The translations under genes and the position numbers were made by a program. From a virus: a stretch of 64,000 nucleotides of DNA. This document shows, piece after piece, positions 1-10,500 of the stretch. Each line of letters starts with the position of its first letter. Within the stretch, counting starts at the first letter, position 1. Where the stretch lies: IMG/VR virus record IMGVR_UViG_3300025118_004802, positions 1-64,000 of that record. One strand, written 5' to 3'. The notes beneath the pieces are model-generated. The model was not told the origin of the DNA and ran no database searches. It was given only the letters and a program-made list of their open reading frames with translations.

Positions 1-82
1 CTTCAAGCCCTTCTTCCTTCCAACGAGTGGCCATTTCATCAATTTTGATATATTTGTGCCACTTTTTAAGATATGGTTTCAT
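1..82 (-). CDS. N-terminal fragment of a hypothetical phage protein running off the left window edge (MKPYLKKWHKYIKIDEMATRWKEEGLE...)
   Basis: Manual translation. ATG at 82-80 overlaps the TGA of the upstream gene (ATGA coupling), and the frame is open to position 1. Confidence 0.6.
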   Translation of the reverse strand, partial: MKPYLKKWHKYIKIDEMATRWKEEGLE

Positions 83-789
83 TCTGGCGTCTCCTCCGGT
101 GGCTCGGCACCCACTCCCAGGCCTGCTAGCTCTTTCAAAGTATCCGTCATCGAAGTGTGTAGAATACCGATGCCGCCGGCTTGCTCCCACAACGCAATTT
201 TTTCAGGAGTGTCGTCGATAAGTACATTTGGTGTACCAGAATCACCGACCGCATATTTGAATTTATCTCTCTCGACGATGACACGTTCCAAAGGCAACCC
301 TAAATTCTCTTCATTCTGCACCCACAACTCTTTTCCCTCATGGGAAGCTTGACCATGCATAGGCGATGTCAAAATAACAGGTGGAGGCTCAACATCTTTG
401 ACTAGTTCCCAAAGCACGCGTCCGTCAGGTTCAATCCAGTTCAGTTCAGACCAGAACTGCAAATCATCCTGAAGTCTGGGATACATATAATTTCTCACGG
501 CGTTTATTCTGTTTGGCGATTTCTTGTCAAAATCCTCTGCGGTGATTTTCCAATCTTCCTGATTCTGTGGATCTCTGCCAAGTTCCTCTAAGGCCCTAGC
601 CATTTTATCATACCTCTTCTTAAGACGCTCAGGGACGCTCTCAGGGGCCTTTAAATCGATGTTAATGGCCTCTGTAGCACCACGCTGAAAATCGACAAGT
701 ACTCCGTCTAAATCGACGTAAAGCTGAAAAGGAGTAATGCCAGTTCCCTCGCCCAAGTATGCACGCCAATTTTCAAAAAAAAGCTGCAT
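79..789 (-). CDS. HAD-superfamily 5'(3')-deoxyribonucleotidase-like phosphatase (NT5C-like)
   Basis: HAD motif I LYVDLDGVLVDF, motif II ILTSP, KxLW, and motif IV VLIDDTPEK...WEQAGGIGILH. The start is placed at ATG 789 (MQLFFENWRAYL), directly after an ACTAGTTA motif; the ORF-track start at 864 overlaps the RuvC-like gene. Confidence 0.8.
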   Translation of the reverse strand: MQLFFENWRAYLGEGTGITPFQLYVDLDGVLVDFQRGATEAINIDLKAPESVPERLKKRYDKMARALEELGRDPQNQEDWKITAEDFDKKSPNRINAVRNYMYPRLQDDLQFWSELNWIEPDGRVLWELVKDVEPPPVILTSPMHGQASHEGKELWVQNEENLGLPLERVIVERDKFKYAVGDSGTPNVLIDDTPEKIALWEQAGGIGILHTSMTDTLKELAGLGVGAEPPEETPE

Positions 790-794
790 ACCAG

Positions 795-802
795 TAACTA
801 GT
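795..802 (-). promoter_or_regulatory. Candidate late-promoter motif ACTAGTTA
   Basis: An instance of the recurrent CTA[ATG]TTA motif, 5 nt upstream of ATG 789. Confidence 0.4.
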
Positions 803-1334
803 TCCCACTTTCCCATTTCTTCAGACCTGCTCTCGCAATAATGATCGAGTCCGATCGATCCCAAGAGCCCGGTTTTGGATTACCGTGTTTTGTATATTCT
901 ATACTGAAACTTGGTTCGTTGTCAAGAAGATACTCCAAGACGACTTCCTTGGCTTTGCGACCCCTTTCGACCTTGATACCGCACAGCTTTCGGGCTGATG
1001 AAGCTCCAATAAATTCTGGTTGCAAACCAAAAACCTTGTAACACGTAAAACTAACGATGCCGTTGAATTTGGCAAGAGTTGATAAAGTTTTAGCTGATGA
1101 GAATCCGGACTTAAAGGTTTGTAAGGATTCCTCCACATAAACCTTTTCGATATTGTATCCTCTCCTCACCTTTACGTCTTTCAGTTTATTTTCAATGAAA
1201 ATTGCCTTATCCCATAAAGTAGGGAAGCGCTTCTTATTCCTGGTATCCCAAGATTCGCAAAATAATATTTCTCCGTTCTTGTCAACAACAGTTGCGCCTG
1301 TTATTGACGTAGAGACGTCTAGTCCTAAAATCAT
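798..1334 (-). CDS. RuvC-like Holliday junction resolvase
   Basis: RNase H-fold motifs ILGLDVSTSITG, VYVEE and DRSDS; 178 aa. Confidence 0.8.
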   Translation of the reverse strand: MILGLDVSTSITGATVVDKNGEILFCESWDTRNKKRFPTLWDKAIFIENKLKDVKVRRGYNIEKVYVEESLQTFKSGFSSAKTLSTLAKFNGIVSFTCYKVFGLQPEFIGASSARKLCGIKVERGRKAKEVVLEYLLDNEPSFSIEYTKHGNPKPGSWDRSDSIIIARAGLKKWESGN

Positions 1335-2551
1335 ATATCCAATTTTAATTTAAATGTAAATTCTCTAGAAGCAGTTTTCTTCACTGGGTTTGCCAACTTG
1401 GCCACTCCAATCAAGTTCTTGTCTTCATCATATATCCCGACCCGGCTTATGTATGTGATCTTTTCATATGACTGATCATAACCGGTGAAAGAACTGCTTG
1501 CAATATTCTTAATCGCCACCTGTGGGTCCTCGTAGTAACCCCCGCTGGAAGTGGCCGGTGTGGCCGACTGAGTAATGTCCTGATAAGTGCGATTATTGGA
1601 ATGTACAAGATGGTTGCGAGGAGCGCTTGCAAACATAGTAATCGTAGGTACATGCTGGGTACCATCAAACTTCATATAGAAGCTAGAACTGACAGCGATA
1701 TCAGTTTGTGTATTTGTGCCACCGAACGTGCCTACACCATTTGCAAAGTATGTCCAGTTGGGAGGAGAAGCAGCCCCAACATATGCTTCTGTGTGTGCTG
1801 GGCCCATCGCTGTACTATTTGCGGTCAAATCCCACGTTCCTGTGAGTACGCAGAAGCCCTCGTTATATAAGACGACACCAGCCACGCTTCCCGAACCGTT
1901 GCTGCCGGTTGGTCCAACTTGAATAAGTTCACCGTTTTTCCCTGCGTCATGAAGCTCGCCCACTAGAGTCCCTGAAATAAAGAACTTAAGATTCATGGAA
2001 CCCTTCTTGATTGAAGAGCCATAAAAAATAGAAGGGATGCTCACAAGGCCCAACTGTTGGGTTGCCTTATTCCAATGCAGATCTATACCCACCGACGAGC
2101 TAAAAGCATAATGAGGGCTCAAATAACGATAATAGTTTAATGTGTTCTCAAGCGATGTAATATGATTTGAACCTGTTGTTCGGGCAGCAGCATCTGTTAC
2201 CGCGCCCCAATATTCTTTGGAGATGCTGGCCGATAAAGGATAGCTTCCGGTCAGGGTGTCGCCATAGGAGAACTGGTTGAATGAGGTCGTAGTGATAGTG
2301 TTGAATGCGCCCTGAGACCCATCCTTGGTTATAAAGGGGTAGATTAGATTGCCCGCTGAGCGGTCAACATTCATCTCATAAAGAGACACATATCCACGAG
2401 GAACGTGTTTTACGGGGTCTGTAAAGGCGCCAGATATAGCAGGGCTGTTGTTGTGTACAAGAGTTCTACCGTAAACATAGAAAGTACATTCAGGGTTTGT
2501 TTCAATTGTGTTGTTTAGGAGATCGCCATCGTTGAACTTGTATATATACAT
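1331..2551 (-). CDS. Virion structural protein (baseplate/tail-fibre attachment, tail-collar-like C-terminus)
   Basis: C-terminal YISRVGIYDEDKNLIGVAKLANPVKK motif, paralogous to 2557..3708; lies in the tail module; S/T/G rich. Confidence 0.6.
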   Translation of the reverse strand: MYIYKFNDGDLLNNTIETNPECTFYVYGRTLVHNNSPAISGAFTDPVKHVPRGYVSLYEMNVDRSAGNLIYPFITKDGSQGAFNTITTTSFNQFSYGDTLTGSYPLSASISKEYWGAVTDAAARTTGSNHITSLENTLNYYRYLSPHYAFSSSVGIDLHWNKATQQLGLVSIPSIFYGSSIKKGSMNLKFFISGTLVGELHDAGKNGELIQVGPTGSNGSGSVAGVVLYNEGFCVLTGTWDLTANSTAMGPAHTEAYVGAASPPNWTYFANGVGTFGGTNTQTDIAVSSSFYMKFDGTQHVPTITMFASAPRNHLVHSNNRTYQDITQSATPATSSGGYYEDPQVAIKNIASSSFTGYDQSYEKITYISRVGIYDEDKNLIGVAKLANPVKKTASREFTFKLKLDI

Positions 2552-2556
2552 TTCAC

Positions 2557-3708
2557 TTAATAATCTAAGCGCACCCTCAGAGTAAGTTCTGTATTAGGAT
2601 CTTTCTTAAGTGGTTCCGATATCTTTGCCATAGCCAGTAACTCGTTATCTGCTGAATACATGCCGATGGTAGTGATATACGAAAGGGGCAAGTCCGTAGT
2701 GTTATCTTTAACAACAATCTTGCTTTCACTGACATAGGTCGGGTTTGACGAATAGTTAAACTCGTTATGGTTAGCTCGGCAGAAGTAAATAGTCGAGTTC
2801 AGCTCAGTAGTGTTGTTAAAGCTGATGTTCTTCACTCGGCCTCTAAACCCATCTGCGGCGCCGGAGATCGACTGCGACGCAAAAAGCTGGATCATGTTTG
2901 AAGAACCGGTGATGGCGGAGCCGAAATAACCTCGGCCGCCGGAGCCGCTTCCAATCTGCGCCGGTTGGGCGCCATATACATCCGGATATTCGCTATAGAA
3001 TGCCACTGGTGAACTGAACACGCTTGCTGTGAGGACTACGATACCAGCTTGATAGAAAACAAGGCCAGCGACATTACTGTTGGCTTTATCAGTGACAAGG
3101 AGCGCTGTCGAGGAGGTCAAAAGTAACCCATACTCGCCTGCGGGGGAGTTAACACGATAGTTATTCGCAGCATTGTAATCAGAGATGGTCATGGAGGTAG
3201 AGTTATCAATCGCGCCGGTTGCGGAACTACCAGTATAGAGATCTATAGTGAATGAACCCTTCTTAATTTCGTCCTTCGTTAAGAGCCTAGAGAAGCTTAG
3301 GAAGAAAACCTCGGCTAGTCCATCTGAGCCGCCGGCGGTGTTACCGTCACGGTCAAAGCCACGAATAGCAGAACCAGTAGCATTGTATCCCATGAGTACC
3401 TGAGCCATCTGATTGTAAATATTGATCTTTTTGGCTTGTTGGGTAACCTGGGTGGAGTCGGAAGAGGAGACAGGAGAGGAAGCGCTCATGCCAACTGTAA
3501 TGTCTACGATATGATTAGCAGAAGAACTCAGATAAGGGTAGTCGTAAACTGATTGGAACATCCCGTGGCCAAAGTTCTTGATATTTGTTTCGGTATTCGT
3601 GATGTACGTACCTGACAAAATCGAACCCGTCATCGGGATTGCTTCATGCAATAGCGTTCTCGTGTTTGTGAGATCGCTATTTAAAAAATTCTTAAATGTT
3701 GTTGCCAT
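2557..3708 (-). CDS. Virion structural protein, paralogue of 1331..2551
   Basis: C-terminal YITTIGMYSADNELLAMAKISEPLKK...LRVRLDY; internal VAGLVFYQAG matches VAGVVLYNEG of the neighbouring gene. Confidence 0.6.
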   Translation of the reverse strand: MATTFKNFLNSDLTNTRTLLHEAIPMTGSILSGTYITNTETNIKNFGHGMFQSVYDYPYLSSSANHIVDITVGMSASSPVSSSDSTQVTQQAKKINIYNQMAQVLMGYNATGSAIRGFDRDGNTAGGSDGLAEVFFLSFSRLLTKDEIKKGSFTIDLYTGSSATGAIDNSTSMTISDYNAANNYRVNSPAGEYGLLLTSSTALLVTDKANSNVAGLVFYQAGIVVLTASVFSSPVAFYSEYPDVYGAQPAQIGSGSGGRGYFGSAITGSSNMIQLFASQSISGAADGFRGRVKNISFNNTTELNSTIYFCRANHNEFNYSSNPTYVSESKIVVKDNTTDLPLSYITTIGMYSADNELLAMAKISEPLKKDPNTELTLRVRLDY

Positions 3709-3723
3709 TGTTGCCTGCTTCCT

Positions 3724-4677
3724 TTATGCGTTATATACTTTTACGAACCTAACTGGCACATCAATGCGATAGCCAGTCTGTCCTCCTGTAATACGAACCG
3801 TTGAGTCAATATACTTCAAGCCTGTGTAGTTTGTGCCGGCGGTGCCGCCTGTCTTGACCGCTGTAGCTAAAACACTAGTAGTATCTGTGGAGCCGAGTCT
3901 ATCAAAGAGAAACTCACTACTTTGAAGCTCCACTGAGGATTTGAGGCTGAAGGTAAGTCTCGTTCCGCGTGGGCCTGCAATGGGTGAGTTGGGGTTCTGG
4001 GAGGGGCCCCGCAAAGTCGTCGTTATCATGCTCCCTCCAACTTGGGAAATATAATAGCTAGCAATACTGTCATCATCGATAAAAGATACAGGTTGGACGT
4101 CGCCGCCGTCGTTTGTCACCTGGCCAAGACGGTTATCAATTTCCATAATGTATTGGTTCTCGATCAAATCTGGATCCAAAGCAAACGACGACGGAATCTC
4201 TGTTGTGTCAAGCCCTTGGTCCAAGACTATATCAAATACCGGATCCGTGTCGGGGCCCCGGATAACCGTCCCCACCGTGTCGGCGGCGCCGACACATAGG
4301 GCGTTCACAGTATTGGTGTCGGCTGCAACGACCCAGGTTTGTAAATTAGTATTTCTGGCGGTGCCGGCGAGGAGTTCGTTGATCTCCATGATCGGCAGAT
4401 AGAGTAAGTTGGTTCTGGCAATTGTCATAAGTTTTGATTTTAAAAATGACGTATTGTTGGTGAATGCCTCCAGAACTGGCGTTTGCAAAATCTCTAAATC
4501 ATAATATGCGGATCCGCTAGCGTTCCCTTTGTCATACAAGCCATAGTTAATTTCATCATCACCTAAAGCAAACTTTGCAATTCTAAACGAGCCGTCTCCG
4601 CGAGCAAGGCGCATGCGCCCCGTATCGGTTAAGACTGCGTCAAGAATTATATCCCCAGAGTTATCTAAAAATGCCAT
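3724..4677 (-). CDS. Virion structural protein (tail-collar N-terminal-like motif)
   Basis: N-terminal DAVLTDTGRMRLARG...KFALGDDEINY, similar to the N-terminus of 12176..13198; RBS GGAG upstream. Confidence 0.6.
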   Translation of the reverse strand: MAFLDNSGDIILDAVLTDTGRMRLARGDGSFRIAKFALGDDEINYGLYDKGNASGSAYYDLEILQTPVLEAFTNNTSFLKSKLMTIARTNLLYLPIMEINELLAGTARNTNLQTWVVAADTNTVNALCVGAADTVGTVIRGPDTDPVFDIVLDQGLDTTEIPSSFALDPDLIENQYIMEIDNRLGQVTNDGGDVQPVSFIDDDSIASYYISQVGGSMITTTLRGPSQNPNSPIAGPRGTRLTFSLKSSVELQSSEFLFDRLGSTDTTSVLATAVKTGGTAGTNYTGLKYIDSTVRITGGQTGYRIDVPVRFVKVYNA

Positions 4678-4701
4678 ACTGTATCTCCATTATACTGTTT
4701 A

Positions 4702-4726
4702 TAATTAGTGTTTTTTAATAAATAGT
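4702..4726 (-). promoter_or_regulatory. Tandem candidate late-promoter motifs ACTATTTA (4726-4719) and ACTAATTA (4709-4702)
   Basis: Two copies of the recurrent motif in the AT-rich intergenic gap upstream of 3724..4677. Confidence 0.5.
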
Positions 4727-4749
4727 GCTTCTTTTTATCAAAAGGCATC

Positions 4750-7533
4750 TTATTCTTCACCCTTCTTGGTCAAGTTAACACCCAGGTTCACATCAAACTT
4801 TCTCCCGGTTGCTCGCGAGGTAAATCGTAGTTTAAAAGTTCGCCCCCAAACACTCGGGATATTCATGCCCACCTCTATATCTTGTAAATCAATATCTTTC
4901 GTTGACTCCGGCATTGGCACCCCTTCTAGTACCGTGGCCAATTGATCGGGCGTTATCATTTGGTTTGCATAGTTGGGGGCAATCTGTATATATCTCCTCA
5001 TATCTCGTGAGGGTATTCTTGTGAGCCCAGAGGGCGCCAACGGAACGATGCGAATGGACGGCATTATGATACCATCATTGTTGACCATGCGAACCTCGTA
5101 AAGTTCGGTAGGGTTAGAAATAAAACCATGGTAATCCACAGTTCGAGCCGTGTAGTAATAATACTTATTAGGCTCGATGTAATCTACCAAAGAGCGAGAA
5201 TCATACCTACTACCACGATAGGTCGTATCGAGAGGAGAAGTTTCTAGCTCTGCGCCTGCAAACTCTTCATATGAAGATGGCCAGTGTTCTAGGCGATATA
5301 TCTGAAACTCCTTCGCTATGTCGTCACCAGTGAACCTGACGACCTCCTGTCCTCGGTCATTCCTCAAGTTTCCCTGGGTCTCCCTGACTCTAGAAAACTT
5401 ATCCAAATCGTTGTTATCCCCATCGACCTCAATCGGGACGCCAGGGGCGACAAATTCGCCAAAAGAATTATTAATGTTGAACAACACTCTGTCATCTTTG
5501 CCCTTGTAAGGAACAAGATGAACCTCAGGCGGGGGCGGAGGATCGTCGACCACGCGGGCAGATAATGACTCGCCATAGTCGACTTCGCACAACTTTATAT
5601 TAGGTACCACGATCGTGCGCAAAAAAGCCGAACCGTTAGGGAAGGACTGCACGTCGGCGCCCGGTTGGGGCATGCGCCAGGCGCCTGGGGAGTTGATCTG
5701 CCTCGCGGGGAGGTGGGCGGCGACCCCCGGTGTCTCGTCAAAGTAAACACGGCTTCCGAAAACAAGAACCAGTTGTTTAATTCGGTATTCATAAAGTCGG
5801 TTATAACGCACCTGTGTGTCGATATATTTTATAACGTCTAATTTATTAGAGTTTGGGATGATTGTCTTTGAAATAAGTTGCGAAGCGGCGGCCGATCGGT
5901 ACTTACAAATCTCATAGCCAACCACCTCGGAGTATGCAGGTGTGCCAGAAAGTATATCAAAAAAAGTACGCTTGTTAGCTTCGTAAGTCTGTTCTAATTT
6001 AGCTGAGGTCATCGCGGACGCTATTGTCTTGTAAAGCTCGTCGTTGTTCATTTCGTTGTAGATGCGATCGCCTGTAGGTCCATAGATAACTACATTGCTA
6101 ATTTGTGCATCAGGGCCTGTGAGGGGAGCAAGGTAGTCATCTTTAAAGGTTGAAGCGTTAAAGGGCAGCGTACGTACGGAGTTAAACGCAGGGCGTGACG
6201 CTGTCAACAACGGGGAATCTACATCCTGAGTCGTCTGTTGTTTTTGAACGATACGTACCATTCGAGTCGAGGAGGGTCGAACGCCAGGGAGAGGAGGTTC
6301 TGGGTCTAACATCCTCGGAAGAATGAAATTGTTAATTTTGAGTTCCGACATCGTTTCCACGAAACTAGTGTCGGTACTGGTGTTCATTTCCACTTCGACG
6401 TGCATCGGGAAGAGATTCCTTTTCTCATGAGAGCTTTTTAACAGGTTATAGGAGTCATTAGCAAAATAAACATTCTTATAATCATCGGACAGTTCGCTCA
6501 AATCACTTAAATTATCATTCTCCGCCATGGCAGAAACCGCAGTTGCATACTTCTGGAAGTATTGCCCCTCATCAACATCGCTAACCTTAATATTATCCTC
6601 AACTTGGTCAACCATAATTCCATCAATCCGACCGTTTAAAGTAATCAGTTGGTTAAAAATTGAATTATCCGCGTCTCTAAATTGTCCCGAAGCTTCTGAG
6701 GTGAATGCGTACAAACTTGGTAAAGCAGTGTCGCTTAAGCTATGATTTGCTATGTTTTCCTCGTACGAGGGTACTAAATAACTGTATTCGGGCTTCACTG
6801 ATAAATAGAACGGGTTGTTCACCAACACAGCATTCATATCAGAAGGTAGAAGCGGACTCGGTGTCTCAAACACGAAGTCATCAAAATACATTCCTTCACG
6901 TAGAGTACCCATATAGGAAGGGAACCCATCATGTCTATCCCATTCCTGGGTAGCGACGTTAAAATCGCCAAGTCTTGTGGTTTTAAGAGCTTTTGAAAAC
7001 AAATAATTATGAGCAGTTTCGCCCGGGTTTTGCTCTTGCACCAACTCATTAATGGAGATACCCAACACTCTTAATTCTAAATCTTGTACATCTCCTTTAA
7101 CTGTCTGTGCATGGACGTGGCCGTCGCCCTCGCGCACCCCTAGAGAATAGGCCGGGGCCCAAACAGGCGTTGGGCCAGTAAAGCCCGTTGAAATATCTGG
7201 GGAGCGGGGGAAATCAACTGACTTAAGGGTCATATCGCGTCCGTGGAGCGTCCCCTCGCTTGTACGGAGGGCTCCCGGGGCGCCGGGGCGTTCGGCTGCG
7301 TTATGGATGGTCTGCATATCGACAGCCTTGTGCCACATCTCGTTGGTGTTACGGTGATGAGAGTCTTCACCAGTAAAATAACTACCAAAATATTCCCTAA
7401 TCGAGAGGGCTGCCCGTTGGTTTGCTTCTCCAAACCCCAGGGGGCGATAGTATCTACTTCGAGAGTTGGTTTTACTTGGGCTCTTAAAAATAAGCTCTGG
7501 AAAATATGTAGTAATATTAGATTTATAGGGCAT
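4750..7533 (-). CDS. Large putative virion protein (927 aa) with fibronectin-III-like beta-sandwich domains near the C-terminus
   Basis: FN3-like patterns YIDTQVRYNRLYEYRI and LVDYIEPNKYYYYTARTVDYHGFISNP; lies in the structural module. Confidence 0.5.
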   Translation of the reverse strand: MPYKSNITTYFPELIFKSPSKTNSRSRYYRPLGFGEANQRAALSIREYFGSYFTGEDSHHRNTNEMWHKAVDMQTIHNAAERPGAPGALRTSEGTLHGRDMTLKSVDFPRSPDISTGFTGPTPVWAPAYSLGVREGDGHVHAQTVKGDVQDLELRVLGISINELVQEQNPGETAHNYLFSKALKTTRLGDFNVATQEWDRHDGFPSYMGTLREGMYFDDFVFETPSPLLPSDMNAVLVNNPFYLSVKPEYSYLVPSYEENIANHSLSDTALPSLYAFTSEASGQFRDADNSIFNQLITLNGRIDGIMVDQVEDNIKVSDVDEGQYFQKYATAVSAMAENDNLSDLSELSDDYKNVYFANDSYNLLKSSHEKRNLFPMHVEVEMNTSTDTSFVETMSELKINNFILPRMLDPEPPLPGVRPSSTRMVRIVQKQQTTQDVDSPLLTASRPAFNSVRTLPFNASTFKDDYLAPLTGPDAQISNVVIYGPTGDRIYNEMNNDELYKTIASAMTSAKLEQTYEANKRTFFDILSGTPAYSEVVGYEICKYRSAAASQLISKTIIPNSNKLDVIKYIDTQVRYNRLYEYRIKQLVLVFGSRVYFDETPGVAAHLPARQINSPGAWRMPQPGADVQSFPNGSAFLRTIVVPNIKLCEVDYGESLSARVVDDPPPPPEVHLVPYKGKDDRVLFNINNSFGEFVAPGVPIEVDGDNNDLDKFSRVRETQGNLRNDRGQEVVRFTGDDIAKEFQIYRLEHWPSSYEEFAGAELETSPLDTTYRGSRYDSRSLVDYIEPNKYYYYTARTVDYHGFISNPTELYEVRMVNNDGIIMPSIRIVPLAPSGLTRIPSRDMRRYIQIAPNYANQMITPDQLATVLEGVPMPESTKDIDLQDIEVGMNIPSVWGRTFKLRFTSRATGRKFDVNLGVNLTKKGEE

Positions 7534-10500
7534 TACTGGACTCCTCGCATTGGCAGCGTCACAGCATAAATCGTGTCGCAGGCGCCCTGGGGTTCAGCAG
7601 CCTGGAGTTCGGGCACGGCAACAGGGTTGGCCTCTTGATCTGCAGTGAGACGTCCTTTCACTATAAACATATCATCAAACACAGTCATGTTTAAATATGA
7701 AGGGTGTATAACTCTAAGTGCATCATTCTGATATGGTACCAGGCGACAAAGAACATTGTAATCAAAATCTTGAGCGGTGGCCTTTTCCCAGCGAGGTGAA
7801 TCCATTAATAAGACTCCGCCACTATCGTCTTGCATGGTATTGAATCCCTTTAACACTTGGATCTCCATTGTCTTATTCAAGTGAATGTCCACAAAGCCAT
7901 CGTAGTTACGTGCCCACAAGTTAGAGGGGTTTCTGTAGCGATCTGGTTCTGGGTGTCCATTTGTTAGTATGAGTTTAACAGAGTTGGGTAGACTATTATA
8001 TGCATTTCCTGCTTCCAGGGCTGCTTCGGCGCGCCGCCATTCGGGGCCATTAACATCAGAAAAGAGAAAGTTTATATACTTTCTAGACAAAGATGTTTTC
8101 TGAGAGTCTAACAGCGCATCAAAGAATTTGGCAGTATCGGCAGAACTAGGTACTTTGAAAGTTCTGAAGTATGCATTAGAGCCCAGCTGAGCGCCGACGG
8201 CGTAGGGATCGAGGTAGCCAGTAAATGAATCATCCAAACCCATTATCGAAGCGGCGGATGGGGAATCGTCATCTTGTTGAACGACCTCTGCTAAGTTTTC
8301 TACTCCTCTAACCATCCTATTTAATAAGTAATTATAACTTGACTTTGTAAACACGGTAGCGTTCTGAAACTCGAATATACTATCAAGGGTGTCCCCAAGA
8401 CGGTACCGGTCATTTCTATTTGGGTTCTGTCGGTTTGGAGACTGCGGAGGACGGGTATAAAAATCCTCTTTAATAGCAGGCACGTTGTCTGTTTCAATAA
8501 GTTTATTGAGCAAACGTATGCGAGCAACCATCAGGTCATAGCTGCGAAGGCCTTCCATGTAATGCGCCGGGGTGGCAGCTATATTATACGCATGTTCAAA
8601 TACAAATAAGTCCAAGTTCTGCAAGCTTTCAGGGAATCTTTGCATGTCTTCCATGGTTTGGTTAGAGTTACTCCCGTGTGCGTCCAGTACGATGTACTGT
8701 GGCGTGAGATATGAATATTGAGAGGGCTTTGCAAAGTCTGGGGTACCTCCGGCGTCGCTGCCGATGTTTTCCAAAATACCTCCCCAGCTGGGATCGAAAA
8801 AGCTCTTCTTCACTTCTTTTTTCGAAAGCGCGGTGATGTATTCATGGCCAAGGATTCTGATACCATCAGGGTACCTTTCCTCCCACCTTTGCCAGTCTCC
8901 TCCGTCCGTAGCGCTAATTGCACGGGCATTGTTGGGCACCGTGTAACGCGCATTTAGATAGTAATATCCATTAGCGGCTGTACGGCCAGCTTGGATGGTT
9001 TTGCTGGACCGTCTTTCTATGGCGAAGTCCCGCGGGGGACGGGCGCCGGCTGGACGGGCTGCCCAGACCTCTGAGTTAGGGTAGTGTGGCTTAACCGCGA
9101 TCGAAAGGAGTTCGTCAATTTTAGACATAGTGTTCTGTAACAAATCCATTATCCTATAGACTGTTTTTCTGGAACAGGTACAGACCCCCAGAAAGCCTCT
9201 CAAGATATTGCTCACCTCTTCTCGGTTAAAACTAGACGGATCCGCAGAGAGAGTTGCCAAAGTGTTAATAAACACACCATTACGCTTATAAAGTCGCTGT
9301 GCAATCGTTTTGACCGGTTGCGGAATACCGCTGGCTGCACTCTCCATCGCTCGAATAAAAGAATCACTAGGACGATTAAGAGCGTTGTTGTAGTTCCCTC
9401 TTACAGTATAGTTTCCATTGGCTTGGCGATCCTGGGCAACACTTATTCCATATCCTTTACCATCTTGGGAATTTTGGACGGCGTTTACTCCATTAACCAT
9501 CAGAAGATTGTAATACTGTGATAAGTCGTTCAATAGCCCTCGTAACTGTGTTCTCCGTTCACTCAGATAACCCTGTGTTTTATCAAGTATTTTAAACCTG
9601 ACGCCGTACTGGTAGGCTCCGCCAGTCAAATTGGCGGCGGATAAATCCTCTGCAGAGAAGAACCTTGCTTTCCCAGTTTGGTATGCAAAGTTAGCTTGTG
9701 TTGAGGAGGCAGCCGTAAACTCGCCATTATGCTTATTCGCTAGAAGATCCGTTACTTCGCGAAGTTTTCCGCTTATGGTCGAATTTTTATGGAACGTTCC
9801 GTCGATATCCGCACTGTCTATTACAATGTCCGGGGCGGTTGCAGTCTCTCTGGTGCCTACATTCGGATAATCAGTGTCTGGGCCTCCAAGTCGATTGTGG
9901 ACCTGAAGATCTCTAATTTGATGCCTTATTACCTCCAAAGATTTAATTTCCACACGCGTCATCACCTCTCTTCTTTCTGGAGGGGAGAGGCGTCGGAAGA
10001 AAGCGCCTATTGGAGAATTCTGAAAAACGGCTGTTTCCATGTCAATTCCAAAAAACAGTTTATTGACTCGACCAGAGTCAGAAGTTATATGAATATCTGT
10101 CACCGGATCCAATCTTTGATATATCACATTATTGTTTTCTTGATTGACTCCTCCAATTGAGGGCAAGAACTCTTTAATATTCGTTAAACCCAAATTATAC
10201 TCAAAACGCTGGGCCTTATCTATGATTCTATTGTCTTGTATTTTATTATTTGGAAGGTAGTCTATCCTTAAGCGGGGCTGAACCTTGCTTGAGTCTCGGC
10301 GATTCCCGCCATACCATCCGCGCTCTAGCTGGCCGCCACGCTCGTCCTCGCCAACATAAAGACCAGAATCATAAAATACTGGGCCCTTCCACTGTTCGCC
10401 GGATCGATAACCTTCAATATTTTGATCCACGAAGAATACACTACTAGTCCTTACTAATGCTCCGGACTCTATGATGTTCTCCCCTGTTGGATTGCCGACA

